Assembly: GCF_040938485.1 (NCBI RefSeq)
Contig: NW_027272332.1
Coordinates: 310,001-374,000 of the forward strand
Length of the DNA: 64,000 bases
Source: Diadema antillarum
Lineage: Eukaryota
Direction of reading: 5' to 3'
Of the stretch, positions 11,904-26,666 are shown one piece after another. A program made the translations under genes and the position numbers. The notes below the pieces were generated by a model. The model saw nothing but the letters and a program-made list of their open reading frames with translations, did not search any database and was not told the DNA's origin. The first letter of the stretch is position 1, and each line of letters starts with the position of its first letter.

Positions 11904-14900
11904 ACTCAGGGGGTAAACCACTGTTGTACAAGTAGTCCCACATGGAGGCCATTTGAATGGATCAGGGATTAGGAAGCTCACATAAATCCCACCTTCTTGA
12001 TTGATCATTTTGAGACATCTAAGGCCAAGTGTTGAAAAGAGTACTTAGAGGGTATGCTGTTAATATGACACAGAGCCAGATTGGTGCTGTATGCCAAGTT
12101 CAGATTGGTGCCATAAGCCCTCTAGAAATGGATATACACTGTACACGTATACGGTATGTCCCAGAAAAAACGAAACTGAGTTTCATTGCAACATTTTGCT
12201 ATCAAAATCATAAATTTGCTTGATGAGTTGCACATCAATACAAAGATATGCTTCTCTTCTTTCATTTGATGTACAACTCAATGTTCATAATTCATGCATG
12301 ACTGAAATAGAACAAAGGACAGTGGCACTACCTAATGTTCATTTTCACATGCAAATGGAGACTGAATTTTTCAGACTTTTACCATTATGTTTTCAGTTTG
12401 TTTTTTTGTTTTTTTCTGGGACACACTGTTTATACCTGTATTTCTCGTCACGAAACCTTGAGAACAGTACAAGAGCAAGAAAGTTCCCTCTTTTTCATGA
12501 GGTCATCAACATCGATTTCTCATTGAATAATAACGCTTTTTGTCAGAGCCCCCATTGTGTCACTATTTTCCCTGCACCTGATGTATTCTTAGCATTTTGA
12601 GGGTCAAAGGTCACTCTCTTTCATACTCATCCTTTTGACTGCACAATAGTTATGTGCTGTATGATGTGTGATAGAATGCAATGCCACCAACTCCTTGCCA
12701 GGTAATATGCCAGCTTTACGGTTAAATTGTGAACAGTGAGCTCTTTATGGTGCAAATAGACAATAAACTTGGGTATACATGTACTTTATACTGATGCTGC
12801 ATGTTTCCTGTTAAAAAAGAAAATCCTTCCTGTTAACCTATCTTATTTGGAGCAGAATTTTAGCAGTGGTTGAATAAGTTGCATAGGTCATAATCCCATT
12901 GATATTAAGATAGTGTCACTTGCTATGTTGTAATGAGGGTAACAAGGAATACAAGGGGCATTTTTTGTTGTTGAAATGTTTACAGTATTATGTTTTGTGC
13001 AAGTGTGAAAATAAAAACAAAGAGGAGAGGAGAGCAGTGACGCTTTACAAGCATACTATATAGATGCAGACATAATAGTAATTATGTGAATGTGACCCTA
13101 GTACATCACAGTATGGAACCATAATTCTTTGAAGGCAAATTGACTCTCTGTTAGGGCCATATTGGAGAGCTGTCCTGTAAAATACCGTCATCATCTTGCC
13201 ATGTCTTGAGAATATTTTTTTTTTTATTATGCCACAAGTGTGCTCTGACAGAAAACAAAACAAAACAAAAACAAAACAGGATCACATGCCTATGCGTATT
13301 GTGGACGTGGGTACATCGTATGCAAGGTGAATCATTTCATTGGAAGGATGCAACTACGATGTACTTCTAAGGGTTCAAACTGACTGTTAAAGCAAGCTTA
13401 TTGTCTTACCAATTGTATAGACCGATTCGGGTTCGTTGAGGGCAGCAGACAATTTGTGGCACTGGGCGCAGCCATGAGCTCTTTTTTGAGGTGTCCCAGC
13501 CGACCCCCCCTCCTCTCCCCCACCCCCGGGCAACATGTTTATCGCGCACTTGTAACAAAGGTTCGCGCACTAAGCAAGCGTTCGTGCACTTAGTACGAGA
13601 CGCCTATTGGCTAAAACAATCATGCATCAGTTTTTCATTCCGCGCGCGGAAGGGGGTGGGGGGGGGGGGGGGGTCAGCTAAGACACCGCGTAATGGTGCT
13701 GCCCATGCCAAAAATACACATAGCGCGTCACAGAATCGGTCTACAACGTGTATATGGGTTTTGTTTCTTTGGAAGTAGGCAACACTTGGGGGGGGGGGGG
13801 GGAGGGAATGGGGATGAAGCTCTGTAAGTGAGAATATGGTTCCAAGATGATGAGATATAGATGCATTGTACATTGTATATTTCTTAGTCTTTAATAGAGT
13901 GAAATATCAGTCATAAAATTCCAATCAGTACTCACATTGAATTACATTTTGTATTTCTTTCCGATGTAGCTTTATGTCAGTTGCGATTTGTGATGATTCA
14001 GGATTTGACTTTGCCATTTGCATCGAAGCAGGGTAAAGTACAGTTTGTACTGTGTGTTGTGATATTTCAAATCCTGTCATTAAGTTAAATTTTGTCGTTC
14101 ATTGCCCAGATTTTGCTTCTAGAGAACATACCCGTGTATACTGTAACTGAGGATGACTAGCCACATTTTATGTGATTTCTGTATTGTATGACAGGTGTGC
14201 CATTTTCACATATTTGTTAGAAGTTGTACGTGTTATAGAAATTCACCGATATCTTCCATATCATTCCTTGGTTTGGATAACATAGAAAGCTGGGATTCAT
14301 TATCGACTACATGAACAGCTCACAAATTGTTTCGTGTTTCTTGTTTAAGTTGTAAAATTTTGATGTTGAAGTAATATAAGTTATAATAGCCGTATGATCA
14401 ATGTTTTATCTCCAAATACATATTTATAGAGTGTGTAGAAAGGCTGATATTAAATAGATTATTTATAATCACACTTTTAAACAGTGTCATAAGTCCTATT
14501 TATTTGTTTTTCTTGTCTGCACAGTGAAGATACATACCGGTCTATTAATAATGCGAGTGTGAATGTGTATGTAAGTTATGTGTGTGTTTGCAAATATTTA
14601 TTTTTTTCCCGCAGCTTTATCTTGTGAAATTCAGGTCTAATTTTGCTGTAGATCTATAATCATTTCTATTGGAGATTACCGTTAATTTAACCGAGTATAT
14701 TGTGTTTGCAAAAAATAAGATAGAACTGCGTAGAGTCATTAAATATACACAAATCAAAACATACTCAAACATTCGCCAATTTCAGATGGAGACAGAATTT
14801 TAATCTTCTTACAAGTGTCACCAATGTAAGGCTATGTTATACCAGTATAAATTAATACATTGTAGTGATGTAGACTAGATGCAGTTGTATAGGACTTTGA

Positions 14901-15386
14901 TATCTCAAACCAAAATAACGCTGCTTTCTGACCTGAATAGGCTTCAAATCAAAGAGTTTCTATTCTACCTCAAAATGAAATTGAAAAGATGGAAGACAAG
15001 TTAAAGAATAACAAACAAATCCTGTAGTATTGCATAGCACAGTCTTGTTTTTTTTTTGTATAATACATGTATCATGATAAAATTTTTAGAATACTTTTGC
15101 ACTTGAAGCTTGACTTTCGCTTTCTTTTCTTGATTTTTTCTTTGTTCATTTTATGGTCACTTACGTAAAACACTTGAAATATTCTTCTTCTTCTTCTTCT
15201 TCATCCTCTGGTTAAGCCTGACTCCTTCAATTTAAGATTCTTTATTACCAACATATATAGCGTATTTACCAAAAAATGTTCAAACGCTTTGCGTTGTCGA
15301 TAACAAAAACTATCGCCGATAATCTCAGCTTTATACAGAAGAGCACTACAGGCACAAAACCAGATACATTGTACATACCAGGTGCC

Positions 15387-15671
15387 AGGTAAAAATGTCA
15401 GAGGTAAAAATGTAAGAGGTAAAAATGTAAGAGGTAAAAATATCAGAGGTAAAAATGTAAGAGGTAAAAATATCAGAGGTAAAAATGTAAGTGGTAAAAA
15501 TATCAGAGGTAAAAATGTAAAAGGTAAAAATGTAAGAGGTAAAAATGTAAGAAGTAAAAATGTCAGAGGTAAAAATGCCAGAGGTAAAAATGTCTGAAGT
15601 AAAAATGTCAATCAGAGGTAAAAATGTCAACCTCTGCCATTTTTACCTCTGACATTTTTACCTGTGACATT
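15387..15671. repeat. 15-bp minisatellite (AGGTAAAAATGTMAG, about 16 units) followed by about 2.5 inverted units (foldback-like)
   Basis: Direct units run 15387-15629; inverted CATTTTTACCTCTGACATTTTTACCT units run 15631-15671. Confidence 0.9.
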
Positions 15672-16095
15672 ATTACACCGAACCACATACCATACGAGAT
15701 GTGACGAAGGTGAAATACAATTATTTCGTGGTTGGTCCTTTTAAGCTAATGATGTCTGTCACAATTGCAAGATAAACATTAAAATGACGGTAGTATGGCG
15801 TAGATAATGATAGTAAAAACAAGAATAATAATGATGATTATTACATGTATAGGCCTACATGTTGTTGCTGAGTAAATGTATAGGCCTACATGTTGTTGCT
15901 GAGTAAATGTTCTAAACTTGTGTGCATGGCATGTATACCTAGGCAATTCCCTGAATACTGATTGAATCAATACGAAAAAAAAAAAAAAAGGTGGGCGAAA
16001 GTAGTAACTCTTTGCATGCCATATTGATTTCCTATCCATTATGCCTGAGATTTGTGCACACAAGACTCGTTGGGACAGGAAAGGTTAAAGTCGCG

Positions 16096-19000
16096 CTACG
16101 GTTGGTTAAGGATGTTCCGGCGCACTTCTCTCACGTACTCCTCGTCGGGCAATGGGAAGCGTCTTGGGCTAGAGAGGTAGTCTCGGATACCAGGCTGCTG
16201 GGAAATATGATCGACGAATGCCTAAACCATGGATGTAAATAATACATAGACAGCGGGTGTTTAGCGACGGACAATGAATTTAGAAGAAAAAACAAACACA
16301 GAACGAAACACATTTATACAAGCAATCACATAATCATTAAAAAACAGAGCGAAAAAAATTTTTTTTTGAGTGATTCGGACACGAAATGAGATCTGTATTT
16401 CTCCGGTTTCATATGTTTTAGCAAGGCAGTAAAATCGGTCACAACAACTAGTATATAGTATAAAATCGAAAGAAATGATGGCGTTATGGTCTCAGAACTC
16501 TCCATCGAATTTGATTGATAGATTGATTAATTTTGTCCATGTATTTCTTTTTCATACCTGCATAAGTGTAACACAAAATCTATTGGACGGAGTTCAAGTA
16601 TTGTTTGATTTTAAGAGTTGAAACCGATAAGCGATGTTACGTACGATTTATTCCACGATAATATACAAAATCAAAACGAGCAGATGTTATCTTATGCATA
16701 TGCAAACTTAAGAATGACACGCACCTGCCATTCAAAAGACAAAATGAGCAACTCTAAATACAACAAATGCATGAGACCATCATCACACAAATAAAACGCT
16801 TGACAAGGATAATGTCCTCAAACATGGTTGAAGGTCAAAATCTACAAGAAGAACAGTAAGTAAGAAACTATTCAAAAAACAATTTTGTATTTTGAAATGA
16901 CACCCGGAGGTGTTAATCTAACACGATATATGAACACCAGAAATTTAACACCAGCTCGGTGTTTTATATTTAACACCGGACTTTTTTGCAGTGTGTATGT
17001 TAAAACTAGTTGTTATGCAACACGACACAACCAGAGACGAGAGTATTATATACGTATACTCTAAACCATAGGACTTTTGAAACGCTTGTCATAAAAGGAA
17101 TAATTGTCTACAATTCTTAGTTGTATTTACTTTGCACTGAGGAAAATCCGCCAGCACCTCCGTCAGAATGGGTATGTCGTCGAAGTAACTGACCGGATCA
17201 AAGAACGCTAGGTCAGCCATGGTCAAGGAATTGCCGACCAAGAAACCGGATTTGTTGGCGGTAAGCGTCTGCAACAAATAATATTGATCGAGCACGAGCA
17301 TCATTTTTGAGATTTCTTTGAAAGCTCTTTCTTATTTGATTTATAACGCGCATTAATAGCCGTCAAATATTGAAGCTTCATAATGTATCTGAATTTATGT
17401 TCAACCTGATGATAAAACATTTTCCTAACATGCCTAAGCAACTGGATAGTTCAATTGAATCAGCCTCTGATTTACGGAAGTTATTTAGGAAGGTTACACA
17501 GCCCAGGGATCCAGATTACACAAAACACGTGAAAGAAACATCCATTTATGCAATAGGATACATTCAGCAATCATCATCATCATCTCGTGTCATCACACAA
17601 CCATTTCCTAATGTCTAGCGCATGCAAGAGCCACGTCATTCGCCACTGCCAGGTCCCTCTCGGTACAAGGTTGTAACATTGTATTGCAGCTGAGAAGATG
17701 AGGCATAGTCTCGCTGCCCTGCCCACACTCACACTCTGCAGAGCTATCAGTGTACCCCCACTTCAGCATGTTTGCCTTGCACTTCCCCATGCGCGATCTT
17801 AATCTGTTCAAACAACGCCAGGTGATCCATGGCTGTTTGGAACCTGCAGGGAGTGACTCAATTAGATTGATTTGCATGTGATTGTCGTTCAGCAATGGAA
17901 GTATGATTATGTTATTATCACGTGAACCCCTGTTCAAGGCATGCAGGCAAAGCTGGTAAATTAGCTTTCGAACTGTCGATATTAAGGAATACAGCTTTGA
18001 AATGAAATCATGAAAATTGAGATGCCCAAAGTCATGAATTACATCTCATAGGTCAAGGCGATTAAATTTGCAGCACCGTCAGCCTGTATCTGTGCATTGT
18101 ATATAAATTCTCTATGATCGTCATTTTTTAAATCTTTACTTGAGGGCAGGTATCATTTTCATTCCCAAGTATTTCCGAAAATCTAAGGGTGTGGTAAATG
18201 AGAGAAGTACATTTACCTCTTTATTTATTCAGTTTGTTTCACATTAAGATATTGCAGCGACGGAATTGCCTAAAAGCCACCAAAATCTTTTTCGATGAAA
18301 TCAACACTGGTCGTGATTTTCCTCTTGTTGCGTGCCATTTATCGCTGGTGTTAATTGTGATGGAGAGGGTATCCTAAGGAAAATAAAGGCCAAACGATAT
18401 TTTGTTCTACTCGGAACGGAAAGTCCCATTTAACTAAAACCCCCTTTTTGTAATTTCATACATTCTCTCCTACTTACAAATCTGAATCGTGTTCGTAAAA
18501 AGTAGCATCTTTCGTTGACCGTAAGCTGGCTTTCTATGGAGGCGTTTTTCATGCTTATACTCAATTATCTTAATCTAGTAGTTACATGATTTTAACCTTT
18601 TCAAATATAGGGAGATAGCGTTCTCTGCTCTGCTTGGCTATGTTCTGTATGATTTCCTCCTGTTTCTCTGGTGGCGAGAATTTGAAACTTGGGAGCCCGG
18701 ACTTCAGCAGATCTCGTGCCCCAAGTGTGAGCATCTCAATCCTGGAAAGAAAAGAAAAGCGGAAACAATAGTATTAGTAACGAGCAATTATTGATAATTA
18801 TGATAAAAGTGATAACAACATGAGGGAGTAAGAACAAGCATTAAAACTGCAGATACGACATGCTTTAAAAAGGTACTCGTGCATCCATTAGTATGTGACT
18901 AATAGGGCAAACGGTTTGGACTCGGCTGAAGATATAATATACGAAGAATGTAACATGAAATGATAATAACCATATTGAAATCGTTATGATTTTGATTATA

Positions 19001-21301
19001 ATTATTAGGATGATAACAACAATAATGGTGATTTCTTTATCCGGGTAGTATCTTTATATCGTAAGCATTGTCATTCCAGTGGGCTCAGCCATGTTCTTTA
19101 CCCCAGCATTTAAGGCATTCCAGTCTGTGCACCTGGGTCACATTTATGGGGCATAAATTATAATGGATAAGAATATCTTGTCCATGGATAACGCTCTAGA
19201 TACACACCAGACAGGAGTTGAATCCAGAACCTCAAAGAGTCCACAACTATAATCCTCTTCATTTATAGAGTACTCGCACTGCAGATTAAGTGCAGCAAAT
19301 CTAACTGTATAAATCATAATGTATATGAGTTTACAGGTGAGAAAACTGTATAGGTCTATGAAAAGCAGCGATCGTCGCACGTCTGTATTTTTTACGCAGA
19401 GTATGAAGTATGAGTTTGTGAAACTTATAGAGAGCATCTATTATGCAGGTATGCACGTATGTAATACATTGTATATTTTTGACGAAGTCAATGCAGCTAT
19501 ATAACTGATATTAGGCCCTATCATAGTCATGACGTTCAACTTGATTTTGTTCTTCGGCTTTACGAATTCTTTAAATATGCTTAATTGGTTTATATTTTGT
19601 TTTGTTCGTTTGTTTGTTTGTTGTTGTTGATTTTTGTTTTTGTTTTTGTTTTTTTGTTTTTTGCTAGACATTTTCCTCGAATGCTGTGAGGGAAGTCAAA
19701 TTTAGGTTCTCACATGGCCTGATCTTTGTCTGTCTTTCCCATGAGACCCGCCTTGTTGCAGACATAGCGTAGGAGGGCGTCACTGCCTACCAAACAAATT
19801 CCGTCCATCTCCAGCAAAGGGATTTGGTTGAACAGCAGTTTCCCATCTGAACATTGAAAGACATATGGAATACAAGATATATGGATGACCACGCATGCGA
19901 AACGATATGGAGAAACGCATGCACCCATTATCGGTGTTGTCATTACGCCGTATTAACCGTGAATGTTCATCACGAAAAGGGCATTTGCCTCAGTGACTCA
20001 GGCGTGATTCTGAGGAAGTGATATAGTTTATTAATGAATATAATACAAACATGCACTCCGACTCTTTCCTTCATCTTGATTCGTTACATTGTTGAGGGTT
20101 ATCTCGTATAAGGATCAGAAGTAGGTGAATTTTGTCATTGTGCAAAGTGTGAAGTCGTTTGCAAAAGTATTCATTACTGATTTGATATTCATTTTTACTT
20201 GGTAATTAAAACATGCATACGAAAAAAAAAACACATCACAAATGAACAGCTATGACATGACCATACGAAGGGGGAAAGGGTTATTAAGTGAAGGGGTTAA
20301 TGAGAAGGCACTGCATGTGGCCTTACTATAAAACTAACCAAGGCAAACTAAGTACAGTGTTATGTCTTTTCTTTCTACTGCAGACTGTATGGGGACTGCA
20401 CTCCCCACCCCACCCCTTTTTTTTAGGGGGAGGGGAACGGGGACAAAATCGGAAAACGCAGTGCAACACTCCTCCCATCGCTCCTTTCCATCGAAGAGAA
20501 GGGGGAGGGGAGGGGGGGGGGGAAGGAAGGAAGCACTGACCCCTACAAACCCAACCCAACCATTCGGAATCTTTTCCCTGAAAGGTTCACAGCAATACCA
20601 TGAACTTTGAGATGTACAGGCACTTCTGTTCCCAGGTCCGATGTAGTGTTTTCAAAAAATTGAGAATTCAATAAGATAAGATGTCTAGCTTTCAAAATGC
20701 CATCACAGTTAAAAAACGTTGCTTGCCAATTTCTTTTAAAGGTCAAGGCTGCCATGCACGACTCCAATTTACCACACATTCAAAACGTATACACCTGTAC
20801 TTTGTATCACGGACAATTTGAGCTTGTATCACAACCTTTCAAACGAGGCGAAGGTCTAACTGAGTTTAAAGCCATATGAAGTTCCCCTAATATTGCTTTT
20901 AGATTGCTAGAATGATCAAATATATTTATCATTAGTATGACAATTAATGAATCAATGAGATATGTACGAGACATTTCAGGATAGCTTACCATTAATCAAC
21001 TGCAGAAAAGCTTCGCGTGAAGTCAGGTAGATGTCTTCATACTGGTAAAATTTACAAAAAGAAAGAAAAAAAAAAAGCCCCAGAGATACCCAAGAGTCCT
21101 AGTATAGGTCCGAGTATTTAGTTTACAACTTTGGCATAACAAATGCTGGTGATGAAATATTGCCCAACTTTTATGAAAAGGAAAAAAAAATACGCAACTA
21201 TAGGTATTTGGTGTGAGATATATTAACATCCTCATTCTTACAACCTATGCAAAGTAGTTAGTCACAGGTCTTTACTGTTTGTTCAAAACACACCGTGCAC
21301 C

Positions 21302-21336
<35 letters not shown>

Positions 21337-23408
21337 AGAAACAGAGAAATGCATTGTGCAATGCATTTCTCTGTTATGTGAGCGAATATAATATAGGTTT
21401 TCCCATTCATTTTCAAACTTTTTTCATTCAATTTCACAAATTTTTACTGCAATTTCGTCGCAGGATGTCGGGAATCTTACTTTCAAATTCGTCTTTCGTC
21501 CTTCATTTTCAAATAAAGTCCATTCAATTTAGTCATTTGGCATACATTTTCGTCATTTACAGTTCAAATTCGTCAGTCTCACTCGCAGAATTCAAAACAG
21601 CAGGATCGATTTCGTCTTTTGTTAATCATTTTCGTTAGATTTTCATTCATATTCGTCTCATATCTCTATCCGGTGTGATTTTCCGGTCATTCATGATTTT
21701 TTTTTCTGTAACCGTTCACATTTTACATTCAAGAGTTAACATACACACAAGTGCCTCCCCCCCCCCCCCCACACACACACAAGCAATCTGAGTACACACT
21801 GATACAAACAGACGTATCATCTCGCAAACGAAAACCCTGACAAACGATTTCTAGGCAAACATGATTAAAGACAAAATTTAAGTGTAGAATTGTAGCCTGT
21901 TTAATGTCAAAGAATGGACAACATAATTATGTAAGCTGCTTTCCATGGTACAAAAATTAAAGTTTGCTTCATGCATTATGATGCGAAAACCTGAACATTA
22001 CGAGATAAAGTTTAAGGGGTGACACTGACATACTGTCCTGGGTTATGTCTTATGACTGCCGTTTATCCTTCAATCAATTTTGGTTGGCAGTCATCTTTTT
22101 CGTATGTATTGTCAAAGCAAGTGGTTAGAGAATAATGTGTAACGATACAATTTACGAGAGAAAGTAAAAATATGTCGGCTTAAAGTTGGTTCACCATCAA
22201 AATAAAGAATCGACAACATCTGACTAATCTGAATGAAAAATTCATGAAATTATTGTGTGAACAAAGACGAATTCAATCTTCACATTCTGCGATCCGTCAG
22301 CGGGAGGGATGAATTTGAATGACAATTGACGATTCTGAATGCTATGTCTTCGAAAATGTTTGACGAAAAACGAATTACAGTAGGCGTTTTCACATCAGCC
22401 CGATAAAAATCCAAGCTCGAGATATTTTTTAATGTCCCAAGTCAGAAAAATAGCGCGCTCTTTCGAAACATCGGGCTGATGTGAAAACGCCCAATGACGA
22501 TTGACGAAATTGAAGTTAGGATTTGCGTTCCACGTGCTTCTCGGGACGAAATTGAATAATAAATCTTTGAAATTGAATGACAAAAGTGCGAAAATGGACG
22601 GGACAGCCTATACTATTATCCACTGACGTATACGACATATTGCAGGAACGTGCATCATGCTTAATGGCAGGCAAAACTGTACCGACTTGAAGATTTGTAC
22701 TTTGAGATTATACTGACGATAACATTAAAGTTGTACACATCCCTGCACACATACAGCCCTGCACACACACACATACATACATACATACACAAAATGATAG
22801 ATAAATGCGTTGTATGTGCGCGAATATCTATACAACGTACACGGCATTTTGCAGGAACGTGCATCATGCTTAATGGCAGGCAAAACTGTACCGACTTGAA
22901 GATTTGTACTTTGAGATTATACTGATGATAACATTAAAGATGTACACATCCCTGCACAAGCATAATTGTTATACACACACACATATTCCCTTAACTCAAA
23001 CAATACAAACACGCACGCACACACATATAAGACTCATATATACACACACATAGTACATTTACGATATGCGTTACTCATTGGCTGTTACAAAGTTCACTCA
23101 AGTTATCACATTCTTCCCCATCTGTGGCTCAGAAATTTGCTGGACTAGCCGTAGACCCTCACAAGAAAATGTACATAACAACACATTCAATAATTGCAAC
23201 TGTAACCTCTAACTTCTTTAGATATAATTGCTATTAAATGTCATTAGTTCTCACCGTGACTGCCCTGGGTATAAAGTCTATAAAGGCATGCAATAACTAG
23301 GTGTATATTACATCGTACCTCAATACCGCCAGCTACTAGCGCCAGTCGGGTGACTTCAGCGAGTCCGCGCCCGGGAGTGTACGTAAGTCGAGGTTTGCCG
23401 TCCGCCAT
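16096..23408 (-). CDS. GSTA: Glutathione S-transferase, alpha-class-like, copy A (227 aa)
   Basis: Exons 23408-23319, 21041-20990, 19846-19714, 18741-18597, 17268-17131, 16221-16096 (90/52/133/145/138/126 nt), all GT-AG, with an open frame. Motifs: KPRLTYTPGRG, KLLFNQIPLLEMDG, RERYLPIFEK, FLVGNSLTMADL. Confidence 0.95.
17573..17900 (-). mobile_element. Non-LTR retrotransposon 3' remnant in GST-A intron 4
   Basis: Translation LNRLRSRMGKCKANMLKWG...CECG...TMPHLLSC (a C-terminal CxC..H..C motif typical of LINE ORF2), followed by a (GAT)n tail. Confidence 0.75.
21392..22612. mobile_element. Degenerate 1.2-kb TIR element in GST-A intron 1
   Basis: The left end TATAGGTTTTCCCATTCATTTTC...CATTCAATTTCA matches the reverse complement of the right end TGAAATTGAATGACAAAAGTGCGAAAATGGACGGGACAGCCTATA. 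The internal TTCGTC/GACGAA motifs are mirrored. Confidence 0.6.
22641..22958 (+). repeat. 109-bp near-identical direct duplication (22641-22749 and 22850-22958)
   Basis: TGCAGGAACGTGCATCATGCTTAATGGCAGG...GTACACATCCCTGCACA occurs twice, separated by CA/CATA microsatellite. Confidence 0.9.
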
Positions 23409-25499
23409 GATATGGAGAGCGGGAAATGTTTCTTCAGGCGTCAAAATCAACTGCTGCCTGAAGTGCGTAATTGATGTTATGTATCAATGTAGATATGATG
23501 GCATTAACTTCTTGTCTTTACGACAATCTAAGCAACAGCGATCGTTTCCCAACCCTTGACCGGGGCTACATCAAAAGTCATAAAATTAGCCTTTTGACAA
23601 GGCTTCGATTCTCAACATTTTGAAACAAGATTGACAGGAGCGACAAGACTGCACTGAGGGACTACGATGCAGATTTTCGCTTTCAACCAACTCATTCTTT
23701 CTCTGATACTAATTGATTCTTTATACATCGGTTTTTGGTTGATAATTTACGTCCGAGGATTTCAAGTACTATGATGTCACCCTTTATTTAAAACATGGTA
23801 TATACATGTATTGTAATCAAAAATTTCATAATGGTGGCAAGGTGGTGAAAATGATAGCCTCATGTTGTATAACTACGTAGGATCTATACTATACACGGAC
23901 TTAGTCACGGCGGAAGCACACCCTCAATGACGAGAATCCACCAGAGAGGAATGAAATTCTACATGCACAATTGTTCAAGTTGATTTTATCAAACAAACAA
24001 ACAAAAAAAAACATGTAAAATCAGGTAAAGTATTTGATGGAAGTTTAACCTCAACCGGATGAAAAAAGAAAGTGATGGACTTGCTTTCACCGAATATTGC
24101 CTACAGTACATGAACTTGAGCCATCACAGCTAGAGTTTGGTGCTGGCGATTATAAGAGAAGAAAATGGCGTGAGAGGATATGATTGTACTACGCCGTAAG
24201 TTTATTGCTTGGCTGGTATAGAAATTATCTTTGGGTCAGGAACTTTAAAACTCACGATGAATACGAAAAATGGGGATCCCGATGACAATATCATAATGGT
24301 GTTTTCCCTGTTTATTTTGTACTTTCACGAAGAGATGTGCACGAAAGCACTAGCGACCATTCAATCGAATACATAACGCAACAAGATAACGCACTTCAAA
24401 GATATAAACGCTTGTCGGAAGTCCACTTTTCACAGTTAGACTACATACGTTCAGGAAAATTGTACATAAAAAAATCACCTGTATATTAACGGAATGGCTG
24501 GTTTCATTATAATGGTAGTTCGTATAGTTCTTAACTTGATCTCTTCACCGGGTGTGGAAAAGATCGACATGTATGGTTTCAATTTAAGCCTCGTTCACAT
24601 AAGAAATCTCTTGAATATTTTTGTTTTTGTCATTTTTTTTAAATTTTTCTTTCTTTGTCATATAAACAATATAAAAATCAATTCATTACAAGATAATACA
24701 ACTTTCCTTATGACAACATTAATTCCACACTGTTAATATTACGAATGAAAAAGAAAGAATTTTGAATATAAAAAAGGAATCTGCATCTGCATGGTACTTA
24801 CATACGTACACATACAGACACATGCACACAAACACTGTAATTTTTGTTTGATTACTGGACATGATCTCTGGGTCAAATTGGCCCCATTTTAAGCAGCACG
24901 TCTAGTAAAGATATCATGTTTGCCTATCATTGATTTGCAAAACTTCTTGTTTGCACATTCTAAGAATAAATACATAAAGACATATATTTCTACATTTACT
25001 CATTTCTATAGAAATTAGAACTTATTGTGCAACGAATGATACATTGGACAAAGTGCATGAACAGATTGACGAAAACACGTTAGCACAGAACAATACTTCT
25101 GGGCAATTTCAAAATCTCGGAGTAGTACGTTCACACTTTGAACAGACTAACAAATCATAATCATGGTAATAGCATCGGAAAATCTTTCTCGGCATCTTCA
25201 GGCTGACTACAGTACCAGTACGATGGTTCACACTATAAGCAACACAATAAGCAGTGATAACATGAAATGATTCATATCCTTCATTTTACACATACATTAG
25301 CCAAACGCAGAGTTTAGACATGTCAGTGACGTGGACAATCTAAAGGTAATCTTGTGTGGTTCAACGGTTACTTAAAGTTTACCCTGGTTATTTGTACTCT
25401 TCTCACTACTAGTCAACATGAATATAATTATGGATTTGAGTTTCCGTCAAAGAAAGCGTGTATGTAACAGAATTACAATCTTTTCGAACAAGACTACAC

Positions 25500-26580
25500 C
25501 TATACCCAAGAGAAAATGTCCTTCACTACTTGCACGAATTTCTCAGACAAAAGAGGAAAGTTGTGGGGACCAACCATGAACTCCTTCAAACCCGGTTGAT
25601 TTCGAAAGTGCTCAATAAAAGCCTGCACAGATGCGATGTCAAGGAGAAATAGAACAAACCAAACGCATAGAAGACAATAAGTAACTCTTGTAAAAATGCA
25701 GACAAATTGGTTATTAGGGGTTAGCGAGATAAAGTGTTCTTGAGATTTTAAGTTAAATCATAATTATAAGGTTAATAATGTACTTTGAAACAGTCACGTT
25801 GATGCCAGTATACAAAAACTGAATTAATCGTTAAAGGTCCTGTTTACCTTTGGGAACTTAAGTAATTGTAAAAATGTTCGAGATATGACATTTAATGCAT
25901 GTGTACGTCTCTTGTACCATGCACAAAACATACTACCACATGAAAAAAAAAATCGCGATAAAGCCTAAAATGTAAGGAAATATCTGTATTTTTCTCAATA
26001 AACTGTAACCGTATAGACGGTTTAGTCTGGAAACATTTTTATTGTAATTGTTCACATTTTATATTTAACAATTTAGACTTAACATCGATTTTACCGATTC
26101 AAATTTTACAGTGGTTGTTTCTATCCTTAACTCACATTTTAGAATTATTTTGAAGCACTAATGCTGAGTTTTTTGTTTCATCTGCAAATGGTAAATTATG
26201 CCTGTAAAAAACAATATCACTAACAAGGAGAAGCATGTCAAATATCCCAATCATGTCCAATAGTTCCCACAATGGTATTCTATACTTCATTCAGAACTCA
26301 TTTGTTCCACGCTTTACTTTACAAAATCCTTTAAAAATTTCGTCAAATGCCAATGGTTTGTTTGATAAAAACCGAAATGAAACAAACTTGTAATTGAAAT
26401 TGAATTTGAGCTTACTCTGCACTTGGGGAAGTTGGCGAGCTCTTTCTCCAGGTCGGGATCGTCGCTGATGATGCTCACGGAATCGTAGAACACGATGTCC
26501 GCCATGGACAAGCAATCGCCGACCAGGAATCCAGACGAGTTGTCTGTCAATGTCTGGAAGATTTCAATGTATATTATATC

Positions 26581-26623
<43 letters not shown>

Positions 26624-26626
26624 ATA

Positions 26627-26666
<40 letters not shown>

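Noticed and set aside
15201-15630. ORFs GKNVRGKNVR.. / TFLPLTFLPL.. / DIFTS..
   Set aside because: These are translations of the 15-bp minisatellite, with no splice or homology support.
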